From NCBI RefSeq assembly GCF_006345805.1, contig NC_043011.1, forward strand, positions 31,756,464 to 31,820,463: 64,000 nucleotides of DNA. Reading direction: 5' to 3'. The first letter of the stretch is position 1; the number at the start of each line of letters is the position of its first letter. The translations under genes and the position numbers were made by a program. Of the stretch, positions 50,788 through 63,960 are shown piece after piece. The stretch is from Octopus sinensis (lineage: Eukaryota). The notes under the pieces are model-generated. The model saw only the letters and a list, made by a program, of their open reading frames with translations, was not told where the DNA came from and did not search any database.

Positions 50788-51282
50788 AAGATTGCTTGCC
50801 AACATAACATGGCAGTCCTGGTTTAGGACTAATGTTGCTGTAATTTAGCCCCAGGAGACATCGTCTCCAGCTGGCTATATGACATGATCTGTGTCCTTGT
50901 ACTTTCAAACAAGGGAATATAGCACCCCCACTCAGCTCAAAACAATATCTGTGTATTGTGATTTTTAGGTTATTTCCCTTCATCAGCACAGAATAATTGC
51001 TCAGCTTTAGGTGGCACTGCCAAATTCCCATTCGATATATATAGTTTTCAAAGACAACTAGTCACTGGTTTATAAATCAGAAAATTACTATTTCTAAATC
51101 TCACAATCGCGATACACATATATTGTTTTGAGCTGAATGGGGATGCTGGATTCCCTTGTTCGAAAGTATAAGGACTCAGATCGTATTGTATAGTCAGCTG
51201 AAGATGATGTCTTCTGAGGCTAAATTACAGCAACATTAGTCCTAAACCAGGACTGCCGTGTTATATTGGCAAACAATCTTCG
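50788..51282. repeat. Inverted repeat with ~180-bp arms and a ~140-bp spacer
   Basis: AAGATTGCTTGCCAACATAACATGGCAGTCCTGGTTTAGGACTAATGTTGCTGTAATTTAGCC... at 50788 reappears as its reverse complement ending at ~51282. Confidence 0.85.
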
Positions 51283-52959
51283 CCTCATAATAGGTAAGTG
51301 CTTACAGACAGTTTCTTCCCCTTTTTTTTTAATATTCTGTGTTTCTTAGTAGACATACTTCACAATTACATGATTTTGGGTTCAATCTAAGTGTGTGGCA
51401 CCTTGGGAAGGTGTTGCCTAACAAAGCCTTGGAAAACATAATAATGAGGATTGTAAATAAGAGAGTGAACATTCACTAAAAATTACCTAACGAAAATAAG
51501 GTGAAAGTTCACTACAATCAACAGTATTGTGAAATTTAAATTAAATCAAGGGTTTAATTCAACTGGAAAGGTTGATTAACCCATCCCATCACGTGCTGTT
51601 TGTAATGAGAGGATGTACAAAGGCATGGTACCCAGTAGATTTTCATACCTTATTGCTGTTAAAATACACTGCTCTTGTTTTAATTAATTTTGAAAAAGAA
51701 CTTAGTGAAATAAGTATTATTATTAATCAGTTGGAAGACAACAAGTTGGTAAAATTGTTAGCATGCTGGGCAAAATGTTTAGCAGCTTTTTGTCTGTATA
51801 TAAGTTCTGAGTTCAAATTCCTCTGATGTTGACTTTGTCTTTCATCCTTTTGGGATCAATAAAATAAGTACCAGTTAAGCATTAGGGGCAGTGTAATTCA
51901 CTTACCCATTCCCTCCAAACTGCTGGCCTTGTGGCAAAATTTGAAACTATTATTAAGCTGTTGTTTAGGACACAAATTAACAAGAAGGGACATGAATTAA
52001 CATCGATAAAAGGTTTTAAACTGCTTTAAAACAGGAAGTTTGTATCATAGAACCAGGAACAATCTCAGACAGGTTGAAGTGGTAATTTGCTATTAAGTAT
52101 TAATATCTTCACGATAGAGATCTGAGTTATTTCAAAAGACTCTTTGAGTAATAATCCAAGTAAATGTATTTTGCAGAAAATATTAAGCTTTTGAAAAGGC
52201 ACAAGTTACTTTAATTGAGAGGACTGAAATTACATCCTCTACCCGAGCCAATTACCCTGCCTACTTGTAGAATGATGGACTAAGATGACTCAGAGCAAAA
52301 TTTCATTCTCAGATTATACAATTTACTGGAGAATTTTGATTCTGAAGAACATCGAGAAAAATGTATGAAATTAACTGAGGAACATAAAATTTGTATTACA
52401 AGCTGATGAATATATTGATATAAGTAATGAAGCACAATTAATTGCTTTATTAATCATAATGAGATCATTAATAATTTTTACATTGCAAGGAAATGTCCAT
52501 TATTACAAGAGGTATTTTTTGACATTTTTGATATTTTAAATGTCTACCTCTCAAAAAATAGAATTTACCATTTGTTGGAATATCCAGTATACTTACAGGG
52601 CACTATGTATAGTAGGCTCTTTTAAATTTTTTTATACCAATATAAGAAAAGCAAAATCCAAATCTCGGATATACCCACTATCTTTACAAAAGGGGATACT
52701 CGTTTTAAAAACATCACAAGTTGAATTAAAGAAGATATTAAACAAAATGGTTAATTATTTTATAAGCAGACCATTAAGACATGAATATTTGAAGAGATTT
52801 ATTGAAATCAATCTCAGCATGTGCAATTTCTTTTATACACAGAAGTTAGATGGCTTTCAAAAAGCAAGGTTCTATGTTGCACACATGAACTGTAGAAAGA
52901 ATTCATTACATTTTTTTTTGGGGGAAAAAAAAAGCATGAATGATTTTCTGAATATCTTT

Positions 52960-55125
52960 GATGTGAACTTTTAGATTTCTAAGCCAGAGTATTTGATAGA
53001 TATGTTTGCTCAACTTGATATTGTTTATGCAAGTATGCAAGGCAGAATGAAAACATTCTCACTTTGACAGACCCTATTCTTCCAAATGTTGATCTTTTTA
53101 ATAAAGCCCTCAATTTTATCATTCAAAATAAATATATCGCTTTTCTTTCCTTGAAGAGACGAGCTGAGATCATTTAGTTTCTCAAAAATATCTGACAAAT
53201 AGCATAAATTTGAAAGCCATAAATCATTTTGAAAAAGAGCAGCAAGATCAGATTTTTGTGCTGTTAAAAATATAATAATTTCATTTAACAACAATAATCT
53301 GTTTAAACTTCAACCTCTTGACAGTCACCTTACATCTGTGTGTAACAATAAGTTCTTGTATTCTGAGTCCATGTCTTTACAGAGATTTGAAAATTAACAG
53401 CTGTTAAGGGCACGGCTTTTAATAGAGTTTATAATTTTGATAACATCCTGAAACACATCATTTAATTCCAGTGCTAATTTTTTTGATGCAAGAACCTCAC
53501 CATGGGTCATACAGTGTGTAAAAGTTACATGGTTATTACCAGCAGCTTTAGCAAACCATTTAAAACCAATATTTTCTCCTTCCCGTCGTCACTTTTGCAT
53601 CATCTGTGCATACTCCAATACAATTTTTCCATTCCAAACCTACAGTTTTAAAAAATTCATCAACTTTATTATCTATGTTTTTCCCTCTTATATGTTCTTC
53701 CAAAGGATGACAAAATAACAATTCTTCATTGGTGTTTTCTTTATAAATGTATCTGATGTATTCTAACAATTGAGCCATTTTTGAAATATCAGTTGTCTCA
53801 TACAACTGAATTGCAAATTTTGGGCTTTCTTTAAGTAAAATAATAAGTTGTTCAAATCAGCTGTTGCTAATTTCAGTAATTCTATTGGCGACAGTGTTGT
53901 TTGACAAAGGAATTTTCTGAATTTCATCACCCTATTTACTTCCATGAAGTATTTCTACCATCTTCATAGCAGAAGGTAATAAAAGTTCTTTCCCAATGGT
54001 GTATGGCTTTTTATTTTTAGCAATTAGAATATGAAACTTCATATGATGCTAATAAATATTTTTCATTTATAGTCATAAATTTCTCAAAATTTTGTCTTTC
54101 TATATTTGAAGACAAAAACAATCTTTCAAGATATATCTTTGGTTTATTAACGTATGAGGGATGTTTGGATTCAAGATGCCTTTTTAATTTTGAGATTTCC
54201 ATACTCTCCATGGCCAAAACATTGTAAGTTAAACAAAGAGGTTGTTCTATGCCATCGCTATTATTAAAAGTAAAACCTAATTGGAGAAATGACTCATTGC
54301 ATTTTCTGTTTTACATCTTAGGTGCCTCTCTCTGATTACTAGGGCCTGCTTGAACAGACTTTGTAGCATTGCCATCCGTGTCATTACTTTTGTTACTTAA
54401 GTTCAGCCATTTATCCATGAGTAAAAATATTTTTATTTTGAAATATAAAAAAAATAATGTTTCATCAAATAATTGTTATAAAATTATTTAAATAAATACC
54501 AACCTCAATCAGATAAAATAGTAACATGTATTGTTATTTATACACTTATTAAGATGAACACAATCAATCAACTACACTGAAAATACATACGTTGTCACTG
54601 CACTAGTTGCAACAGTGCTGCACACACGTTTTATTACTGTAGCGCTTGCATGGTGCATCATGATAAATATTGTGCATTTGTAAAATAACATATAAACTGA
54701 AATTCAAGTTTTTGAATTTAGTCAACACCAACATCAAAATAAAAATCAAATGGAAATTGTAGTTAAGATACTCGTGCCGATGGCATGTAAAAAGCACTAT
54801 CCGAACGTGGCTGATGCCAGCACCCCTTGACTGGCGTCCATGTCGGTGACACGTAAAAAGCCATTTGCCAGCCTCCTCTGGCCCCTGTGCCAGTGGCACA
54901 TAAAAAGCACCCACTAAACTCACAGAGTGGTTGGTGTTAGGAAGGGCATCCGGCTGTAGAAACACTGCCAGATCAGACTGGAGCCTGGCACAGCTTCCTG
55001 GCTTCCCAGACCCCGGTCGAACTGTTCAACCCATGCTAGCATGGAAAACGGACATTAAACGATGATGATGATGATGATGATGGCCTCAGCATTTCATTTC
55101 ATGACCCATAGTTTAAGAAGCACTG
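52960..55125 (-). pseudogene. Decayed hAT (Buster/Charlie, ZBED5/SCAND3-like) transposon interrupted by a SINE2 (54750-55082)
   Basis: Remnants ESMEISKLKRHLESKH, YETTDISKMAQLLEYIRY, WKNCIGVCTDDA and LCYLSDIFEKLNDLSSSLQG. A terminus CAGTGCTTCTTAAAC (55125) lies next to CTCTAAAA (NTCTAGAN-like target). Confidence 0.85.
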
Positions 55126-56167
55126 CTCTAAAATGACTGGCCTTGTCTCAAATAATTTTAAATAATTATTCTCTTTATCTTTTCAGTTTTCTAACCATAG
55201 ATACAATTAGATCTTTGATCAATTTAGTTCAATTAATGAAGTAATAGGAGTATCTCTGTAATTAGATTAATTAGATTGTTTTGTTTAGTTTGGCTTATGT
55301 ACTATTTAATTTATTAAGAGAATTTGATTTTTGATATTTTAGTGGGTGATCCCTTGCTGGTTTATAGCAGTGTTTCTCAACCATTTTTCACCTATGGACC
55401 CCTTTGCAGTTCAGCAAAAGAGATTGATAGAATAAATACCAGGCTTTAAAAATATACGTATTTGGGTTGATTTGTTTGACTAAAATTCTTCAAAGTGAAG
55501 CCCCACTATGGCCACAGTCTACTGGCTGAAACGAGTAAAAGAATAAAAGAATGAAAGCATTAAAGTGTATGAGAGGGCCAACTTTGCATATAGGACCCAG
55601 GGTGATTTTTTAAAGACATTTTTTGCAGGTGGATGGGGGGAGGGGTGCACTTTATTTGCCATCATAAATGGTATGCACAAAGTGTGCTGCACTATTTTTA
55701 TTTGTGCTTAAATGTACTGCAAGTAAAATAAATTTGGGAACCACAGACTTTTGATGTGATCTGATGGAGTTATGTCCTGGTTTTAGAGTGTCGAGTAACC
55801 TTATAAACTCTCCCATGTTGGTTTAGTACACCTACATTAGTCATCCAGATTTTCTGCGACAACACACTGAAAGAATTTTGTGTAATAGTACAGATGCTAT
55901 CTTCTTCATGTGCAGAACTGATGACATCATAAAAATAACATATGGTCACCAATACCTTTCCTTGAAATCTGCAGTCTGTTAATGTCTGTGGACTGTTTTG
56001 TTGCAGTAAACAGCAGCTCTAAGTAAATGTAACTGAGTTTTTTTTTTCTCAGATGGGGTCAATTTACTTACTAATAATTTCCACCAAACGTGATATCCAC
56101 AACAATGTCTATAATTTGGGAAACTAAAATTGTATTTGCTTACATACAATATATATGACAGTTGATA

Positions 56168-56356
56168 CCATATTTTAATGTGTATAAGGAACCCTCATGT
56201 ATAAGGAGCCCCCTAATTTTGGGGGCTTAAAATTTGGTAAAAAGGTTTTGTAACGGATTTTAAGGGATTTTAATACTATTCATGTATAAGAAACTCCCAT
56301 ATTTTTTAAACCTAATTTTTGACAAAAAAGGGTTCCTTATACATGTTAAAATATGG
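56168..56356. mobile_element. Tc2/pogo-type MITE
   Basis: TA|CCATATTTTAA.GTGTATAAGGAACCC...GGGTTCCTTATACATGTTAAAATATGG|TA. Confidence 0.8.
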
Positions 56357-57130
56357 TAAATACATAAGCATTAGTTTCAAGTTTCTGCACAAGGCCAGCA
56401 ATTTTGGGGAAGAAGCTAAGTTGATTACATCAACACCAGTGCTCAACTGGTACTTATTTTATAGACCCTAAAAGAAGGAAAGGCAAAGTCAATCTCAGTG
56501 GAGTACTGTTAATATAAGAGATATGCAAGGCTTAAAACCTTCTCACCTCCCACATTTGACTTCATCTGTTTCTCTCTTGCTCTTTATTAATACAATGTAC
56601 ATAATTTAGAATATTATGTATGTGTGTGTGTGCATACGTGTGTGTGTGCATACGTGTGTGTGTGTGTGTGTATAAGTATGTGTGCGCATACATGTATGTG
56701 TGCATATATGTGTGTGTGCATACATGTATGTGTGTATGTGCATACATTGTGTGTGTGTGTGTGTGTGCAAGCACGTGGCCTAGTGATTAGGTTATTGCAC
56801 TCATGATTGCTAGATCGTGGGTTCAATTCCTGGACAGTGCTGCATGTTGTGCTTTTGAGCAAAACACTTCATTTCACATTTCTGCAGCCCACTCAGCCGT
56901 AAATGGCTACCACTGCAATGGACTTTGTAGGTGTTTCTATCTCTAATACTATTTTGATATATATGAATTGATTATTGAGAGTAATTCAATTTCATATTTT
57001 TAATTTGAATGCCTCATTCCTGTGGCACTGGAATTGATCTTCCCTAATTATTATAATTATGTATATATATATATAACGTCAGATAAGAGAAAAAGATCAA
57101 TCAGAAAGGAACTTTATCTCACTCAAAATA

Positions 57131-57170
57131 TCTTTTGATAAGCATAACAAATGCGCAACCGGTAAAAAGA
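57131..57170 (+). ncRNA. Decayed hammerhead motif (U3-A8 core, GAAA mutated to GCAA)
   Basis: UCUU UUGAUAA GCAU-AACAA-AUGC GCAAC CG GUA AAAAGA. Confidence 0.45.
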
Positions 57171-57265
57171 ACTTTCACCTAATTAAATACACTCTCCCTT
57201 ACTTAAATTATTTTGTCAGCATTTTCTTCATTTCCTTTTTTTTTATATATATATATGTATATATA

Positions 57266-57310
<45 letters not shown>

Positions 57311-57397
57311 GTATAAGGATGAAAAGGAACACACGAGTTGATATATATGAAAAAATAAGTCAAAAAAGAAAATGCTAAAATAATTTTATAAAGAACA

Positions 57398-57441
57398 TTT
57401 CAGTACCGGTTTCAGTCATTTTGAGACCTTTTCAACTGTAA
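57398..57441 (-). ncRNA. Minimal type I hammerhead motif, U3-A8 core
   Basis: UUACAG UUGAAAA GGUC-UCAAAAU-GACU GAAAC CG GUA CUGAAA. Confidence 0.6.
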
Positions 57442-57620
57442 CGATTAAATAATTAAATTTAGAAAAATTAAAAGAAATGTTTTTTGAAAAAGGAATATTT
57501 ATATAGTGTTCAAATATAAGTGGCATTTTCCTTGTTTCTGCCTTGCTCTGTCTCTCTTGTTCACACTTGTGGGTTCGAGGTCGTTGTGAATTCTTGAGCA
57601 TTTTCTATTTTGACTTATAT

Positions 57621-57679
<59 letters not shown>

Positions 57680-57683
57680 TGTG

Positions 57684-57722
<39 letters not shown>

Positions 57723-57962
57723 TTAATGTACGATAAAATTTTTTTCGAAAAAAAAAATTTTATCCTATATTAAACATAAATTTAAGTGTTCACTTCCAGA
57801 CTCTTTCACTCTGTGAGAGCCTCAGTTCAAATCGCACGTGTCTTGAATGGGCTGGAGTATTTCTATTTTGGATGTATTTGGGGTACTTAATTGTGCTCAT
57901 GACTTAGTGTTTTGCTTCTTCCATGGGTATGAGTAAGTATCTCATTTATTTCTTTGCCACAT

Positions 57963-58017
57963 TTATCACTGACGAAGGGAGGGTTCTTACGAACTAACCC
58001 TGAAATCGGTCCGATAA
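57963..58017 (+). ncRNA. Minimal type I hammerhead motif, canonical core, GUC site
   Basis: UUAUCA CUGACGA AGGG-AGGGUUCUUACGAACUAA-CCCU GAAAU CG GUC CGAUAA. Confidence 0.7.
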
Positions 58018-58146
58018 GGTAATAATGAAATTTTTTAGAAATTTCTGTTGGCTTTTTTTCAAGTAGCATGCGTATTGTGATAAATTATATGGTAATGGAC
58101 AATATGTCCAATTTTCGGCATATTTGGCATTAGAAATTTTTTTGTT

Positions 58147-58336
58147 TTAGAAAAAAACCCCACCTTTTATTAGTACAATCATGAAAAATTAAATGACACC
58201 ATTTAGAAAAATTACATCTTATAGAAAGATTAAATATAAGATAAAACATAACAATATATATATAAGATGTAATTCTTCTAAATGGTATAATTTAATTTTC
58301 ATTATTGAGTTGATAAAAGGTGGGATTTTTTTCTAA
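58147..58336. mobile_element. AT-rich foldback/MITE-like element
   Basis: ~77-bp imperfect arms: TTAGAAAAAAACCCCACCTTTTAT...ATTACATCTTATA and TATAAGATGTAATT...ATAAAAGGTGGGATTTTTTTCTAA. Confidence 0.75.
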
Positions 58337-58424
58337 TTTATATATATATATATTATATTGTGTGAAATTTGATTTAGTATTTCTAAATTGAATTTTTCCC
58401 CGTAAGTTTAGAATAATATTTCCT

Positions 58425-58426
58425 CA

Positions 58427-58491
<65 letters not shown>

Positions 58492-58499
58492 CAATATAA

Positions 58500-58542
<43 letters not shown>

Positions 58543-58580
58543 TATAATATATGTATATATATAATATATATATCAATATA

Positions 58581-58620
<40 letters not shown>

Positions 58621-58632
58621 ATATAATATATG

Positions 58633-58663
<31 letters not shown>

Positions 58664-58703
58664 TAATATATATATATATATATATTATTATTATTATTAT
58701 TAT

Positions 58704-58746
<43 letters not shown>

Positions 58747-58809
58747 ATATAATATATATATATATATATATCTATATATATATATATATATATTATATAT
58801 ATCAATATA

Positions 58810-58842
<33 letters not shown>

Positions 58843-59069
58843 CAATATAATATATGTATATTATATATATATATATATTATATAATACAAAATACATCTA
58901 ATTCTATACAATATATATCATCATCATCATGGAAAGCGGACGCTAAACGATGATGATGATATGATGATGATATATATTGTATAGAATTAGATGTATTTTG
59001 TATTATATATATATATATATATATACTATCCAAAGTGTACAGTATTATGTATATATATATATATATGCA

Positions 59070-59105
<36 letters not shown>

Positions 59106-59180
59106 TATTGTATAAAATTAGATGTATATTGTATTATATATATATATATTATCCGAAGTGTACAGTATTATATATATATC
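58425..59180. repeat. Compound (TA)n/(ATT)n/(CAT)n simple-repeat block
   Basis: Low-complexity sequence with short repeated spacers (TCAATATAATATG; TCCAAAGTGTACAG). Confidence 0.9.
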
Positions 59181-59299
59181 AGTCATCAGCCAAGTGCTCT
59201 TCCTATATGCAAAGATTGGCTTACTAAGACTTTTTACTTCCGTCTGTTTTCTGCTCTACATATACAATCAGCAAAGTCCTGTTTCTTTGATGTCATCAT

Positions 59300-60130
59300 A
59301 CCACAATCATCTTTGACATCATCTTGCTCTCTTCCCTTTCGTTCTTCCTGTCAGGATGGTCCTAAGCAATGACTTCTTCTGGCACATTGTATAACTGAAA
59401 CAGGATATCTTTGGAAACTTGATTCCAAACATTAGGCGTCTTTGAACTTTCAGTTTTTCTAGTACTGCAGTGTCGTCCTGTCTTATCAGCTTATTCTGTG
59501 AAAAATACCAATTTCAAAGACTTCCATCTTCTTTTCCATTGCTCTGCACATTGTCCAAATTCCTGCTCCATGCAATACAATCCGTATAATATAAGTTTTA
59601 TTAGTCTCCATTTCATGTGTAATGTTGTTTCTTGAAGACTGAAAATTGTTTTCATTCTTATAAACGTTGGTTTAATCATATTTATTCTTTGAATAATTTC
59701 TTCTTAGCAACCTTCTTCATTTGTTATTTGACCTAAATACTTGAAGTTTTTTTTTTGCTTATTCCAGCTTCACTCCATCTATTCCTATATTTGCTTGCTT
59801 TCATTATGTCTTACTAACAAGCATTGTGTTTGTCATTTTTACATTCATATTTTACACCTTATTGTCACTTTGCTTCTTTTACAACATCAACAACATCTTG
59901 TAACTTCTCATTACTGTCTGCCAATAACACTGTATCATCTGCATATCTTAGATGTTTTTTTTTTGTTTATACCAGTGACTGTGAATCTTTTGGTCTCATT
60001 TGACCAATTGAATATATACTCAGTATAGATATCAAATAGGCATGGTTATAAGTGGTAACACACATCTTTGTCTGTTTTGATTGCTGCCTTATGGTTCCAC
60101 TACTACAAACAGATGATTCTGATGTCTTTT
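59300..60130 (-). mobile_element. Decayed RTE-clade LINE, RT 3' half
   Basis: Remnants PCLFDIYTEYIF (SPxLFN region) and IKPTFIRMKTI...LHMKWRLIK..LY (RTE C-terminal region); frameshifted. Confidence 0.7.
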
Positions 60131-60153
60131 TTTCAAAGCTGACTTTTTATATA

Positions 60154-60324
60154 GGCGTAGGAGTGGTTGTGTGGTAAATAGCTTGCTTGCCAACCATATG
60201 GTTCCAGGTTCAGTCCCACTGTGTGGCAACTTGGGCAAGTGTCTTCTGCTATAGCCTCGGGTTGACCAAAGCCTTGTGAGTGGATTTGGTAGACAGAAAC
60301 TGAAAGAAGCTCATCGAATATATG

Positions 60325-60360
<36 letters not shown>

Positions 60361-60570
60361 TGTGTGTATGTTTGTGTGTCTGTGTTTATCTCCCCAACAT
60401 CGCTTGACAACCGATGGTGGTGTGTTTACATCCCCGTAACTTAGCGGTTTGGCAAAAGAGACCAATAGAATAAGTACTAGGCTTCCAAAGAATAAGTCCT
60501 GGGGTCGATTTGCTCGACTAAAGGCGGTGATCCAGCATGGCCGCAGTCAAATGACTGAAACAAGTAAAAG
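60154..60570 (+). mobile_element. SINE family 1, full length
   Basis: Close to consensus from head to tail. Confidence 0.85.
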
Positions 60571-60837
60571 TGTAAACATATATATATATACATACAAACA
60601 TCCATCCATCCATCTGTTCATTCATGCACCCACACACCCATGCACAGAAGACAATCTGTAGAAGGATGTCAAAGAAATTGAAAGAGCAGACAGACAACAG
60701 GTTTAAAAACACATTAATTGGTACATATGAGAAAACAGTGGAGGAGATAGAAAATAATAATGTAGAAGACAATTAAGAATTTCTGTTTGATAAACCAACT
60801 GAGGACAACAGATCTAACCTGTCCCAACCAATTAAAG

Positions 60838-61040
60838 CAGGGGTTCTCAATCATACTTTATCTATGGATCCTGTTTCTTGCAATATTTACCAATACATTA
60901 CATCTAAAATGAAATTTTTTTTCAGGGACCCTTAAAATACTATTGTGGATCCTCAATTTATTTATTATTTTGTTGTGTTGAGCCCCCAAAATTTTATAAG
61001 GATCTTTAGGAGCCATATGGACCCTGGTTGAGAACCCCTG
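60838..61040. mobile_element. hAT (Charlie-type) MITE
   Basis: TIRs CAGGGGTTCTCAA / TTGAGAACCCCTG and a perfect 8-bp TSD AATTAAAG (60830-60837, 61041-61048). Confidence 0.92.
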
Positions 61041-61059
61041 AATTAAAGGGTGACAGGAT

Positions 61060-63300
61060 AATGGAAAACCCCTGTAGAAGGAGCCGTAAAGGATAAGAAA
61101 CAGGCTTGGAATGACTGATAATAAAGGGGGCAGCAAAGAGCAGCAGTACCAGCTTGCAAGATGAGAAACAAGACATCAGGTATATCCTGGAACAGTAACA
61201 AGAAGTTTACCATTGTTCATTGTTTTAAGACATGAAAATCAAAGGTGTGAAATATTTCAGATTGCAAGAGCAGCATATTTAGAGAGAAAATAAAGACATT
61301 GCTTGGGAAGAGTGTGTATGACTGCTTTCTCGCTCTTACAGACAGTGAAGTAAAAGAGGTATGGAAGTGCTATTACAAAAAGCTGTTGACTGAGGACAGT
61401 GCTTAGAAGAAATAAGGTACCTGAAGTTGATATGAGATGTTTTGGCATTGCTGTTTCAGCGCCGCCCATTTGGCACCACTAAGTCAATGTTGACTTATTT
61501 GACATCAAACATTTTTAATGTTTCTCTCATTCTCCCTCTCTCTCTCTCTCTTTCTCTGTTTATTTGTGTGACCATCTTGTTATGTTTGTATATGTAACAT
61601 CTCTCTCTTTCTCTCCCCTCCTTTCTCTTTAATCTTTTAACACTCAGGTTACGCTGTCAAATGTGACGCTTGTTTATTCACATTGTTTTGAGTTAATCAT
61701 GCATTATCTCGCATCTTTGAAATTTCAGTATGATTGTTGATTTTTTGGATGACATTGTGGAGTAGGTGTGAGAGGTCAGATCTGACCTGTATGAACATAA
61801 AACAAAAGGATATTTGGGCCAGATATGGCTGGTTTAGATGTCAAAGGGTTAAATGTGGGAGCATATTTCTCAATGTGTACAAGGAAAGGGAAAATGTTTC
61901 TATCAGTTGTGTTTAATTAATAAATTACATCATCTCTCTTTCTCTCTCTCTCACTCTTTCTATCTGTACATGCATATTTCGGCATGTGCATATGTGTATA
62001 TGTGTGTGTGTGTATGTAAACGTGAAAGTGCATGGTTCGGTGGTTTGAGCATCGAGCTTACAATCATGTGGTTGTGAGTTCAATTCCATGACCAGGCTGT
62101 GTGTTGTGTTCTTGAGCAAGACACTTTATTTCATGTTGGTCCAATTACTCAGTTGTAGAAATGAGTTGTGACATCACTGGTGCCAAGCTGTATTAGCCTT
62201 TGCCTTTCCTTTGGATAACATTGATGGTGTGTAGAGAGGAAGCTGGTATGCATAGGTGACTGCTGATATTCTATAAACAACTTTGCCTAGACTTGTGCCT
62301 TGGAGGGGAACTTTCTAGGCGTAATCCCATAGTTTTTTGTAGTGTAATGTGCGTGTGTTGTGTTTCCCTCTGGCAAAAAAATGTACTGTTTTCAAAGCAG
62401 GTTAAATGTTCTTGTCAGCCATCCCAAATCAGAAAAATCATTAGTGTCCAAACAGCCACTGCCAATCATCTCATTCTGACCTCAAATAGACCCAATGGAG
62501 GGCCAGACATCCTACTCAGGAGCAGTGTAGGTAGATAAGCTGGTGAAATTTATGAAAATAGGGACAGCACCTGGTCCATCAGTAATTACTTCTGAGATGC
62601 TTAAAATTTCTGGTGATGTAAGATATGGGCTGGTCACTTGCATTGTAAGTCAAGTAAATCATATGGTGTAGTAGCAGCATCATTAACTGCTACAATGACA
62701 AAGGCAATGAGTTTGAGAAGGGAAACCACAGAAGCATTTAAATATTAGACCAGGTTATGAAGGTTACTAAAAAAGTAATAGCACAAATGATTAGGAAGAG
62801 TATTAACTTAGATACTATACAGCTTAGAAGAAATAGTACTGATACCACCTTCCTAATGAGACGGCTGTAGGAGAAGTGTCTAATCAGGAATAAGCCCTTA
62901 AACCTGGCTTTTGTTGACAGAGAAGGCCTTTGATGGGGTAGTCTGCTCTGTGATCTGACAGTCACTAAAGAAGAATGGCTTATGAGAGCTGTGTAAGCCA
63001 TGTGCAGAGATGGAGTTAATAAGTTGAAGGTTAAGGAATTCAGTGAAAAGGTGGGAGTAAACCAGGGCTCAATCCTCAGTCTCCTTCTGTTTATGTTAAT
63101 CCTCCAAGACTTAGTAGAAGAGTTTGGGTTTGAAACTGACTGTCCATGAGAACTTCTTTACGCTGAATCTGTAGAGGAATTAAAAAGAAGTTCCAGATAT
63201 GGAGACAAAACCTGGAATTGAGGGGCCTGAGAGTGAGTTTAACAAAGACTAAGGTATTAATGAATAGGAAAGAAGACAGAAGCTTGCTTCCATCAGAAGG
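61060..63300 (+). mobile_element. Decayed RTE-clade LINE interrupted by a MITE and a SINE
   Basis: LTDSEVKEVWKCYYKKLLTE (61340), TAPGPSVITSEMLK (62565), GVNQGSILSLLLF (63053), ELLYA (63150) and LELRGLRVSLTKTKVL. Confidence 0.75.
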
Positions 63301-63559
63301 CTTCAATGATGAATAATTTTTTCAAGAATGAATAACAAATTATTTTGTCCTGGTAGTGATGAGAGAGACGTATGATTTGTGGGTGGATGAGAGGGGGAGT
63401 GACTGGAATATCCATTGCTTTGAGATAGGTGTAAATACTCAAGTGAACATGACTGAGATGGCAGGGGAGTGAGAGAAGTCTCTGTGGTTCAGGGGAAAGA
63501 AGCTCAGGATGTGTGAGAGAAAAGAAATAAAAGTATGCTGACATAGCATTTATTCCCAG

Positions 63560-63960
63560 AAGAAACATCAGATGTATTTTGAAAGCTTTGAAGCCTACTA
63601 TTGATTTCCTTTGCAAGAAATAAAAGTCTTAACAGCTGTGCACTTCTGGAAAAGCTCAGTTTCATCAACACACACACTTATTCTGGTCTATAGTCTTTGT
63701 CAGCAATCACTTTCTTCAGTTTCTCAGGGTAATTTGTGGCAGCTTCAGTAACAGCATTAGCAGCTTAACCTGTCATTTTAATATCATGCGAAATAAAGTG
63801 CCTTTTAAATCTTTCAAAGCAGCCTTTAAGAACCAGTAAAGGACAATTTTTTTCCTTTCATCAAATTATCTCTTGAATGGCCATTGTGTTCATTATTAGA
63901 TTTCATCCAGTTTGGTCCTTGATCCACTCAAGAGCTCTTCTATATTCAGCATGGTAACAG
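63560..63960 (-). pseudogene. Tigger/pogo transposase remnant
   Basis: GCFERFKRHFI...EAATNYPEKLKKVIADKDYRPE*VCVDETELF (CENP-B HTH/DDE_1-like). Confidence 0.8.

Noticed and set aside
60541-60570. SINE family 1 3' end CAGUC-AAAU-GACU GAAAC AA GUA AAAGA resembles a hammerhead 3' half
   Set aside because: No CUGANGA/UUGANAA core or helix I partner upstream, and the G of GAAAC is the closing pair of the hairpin.
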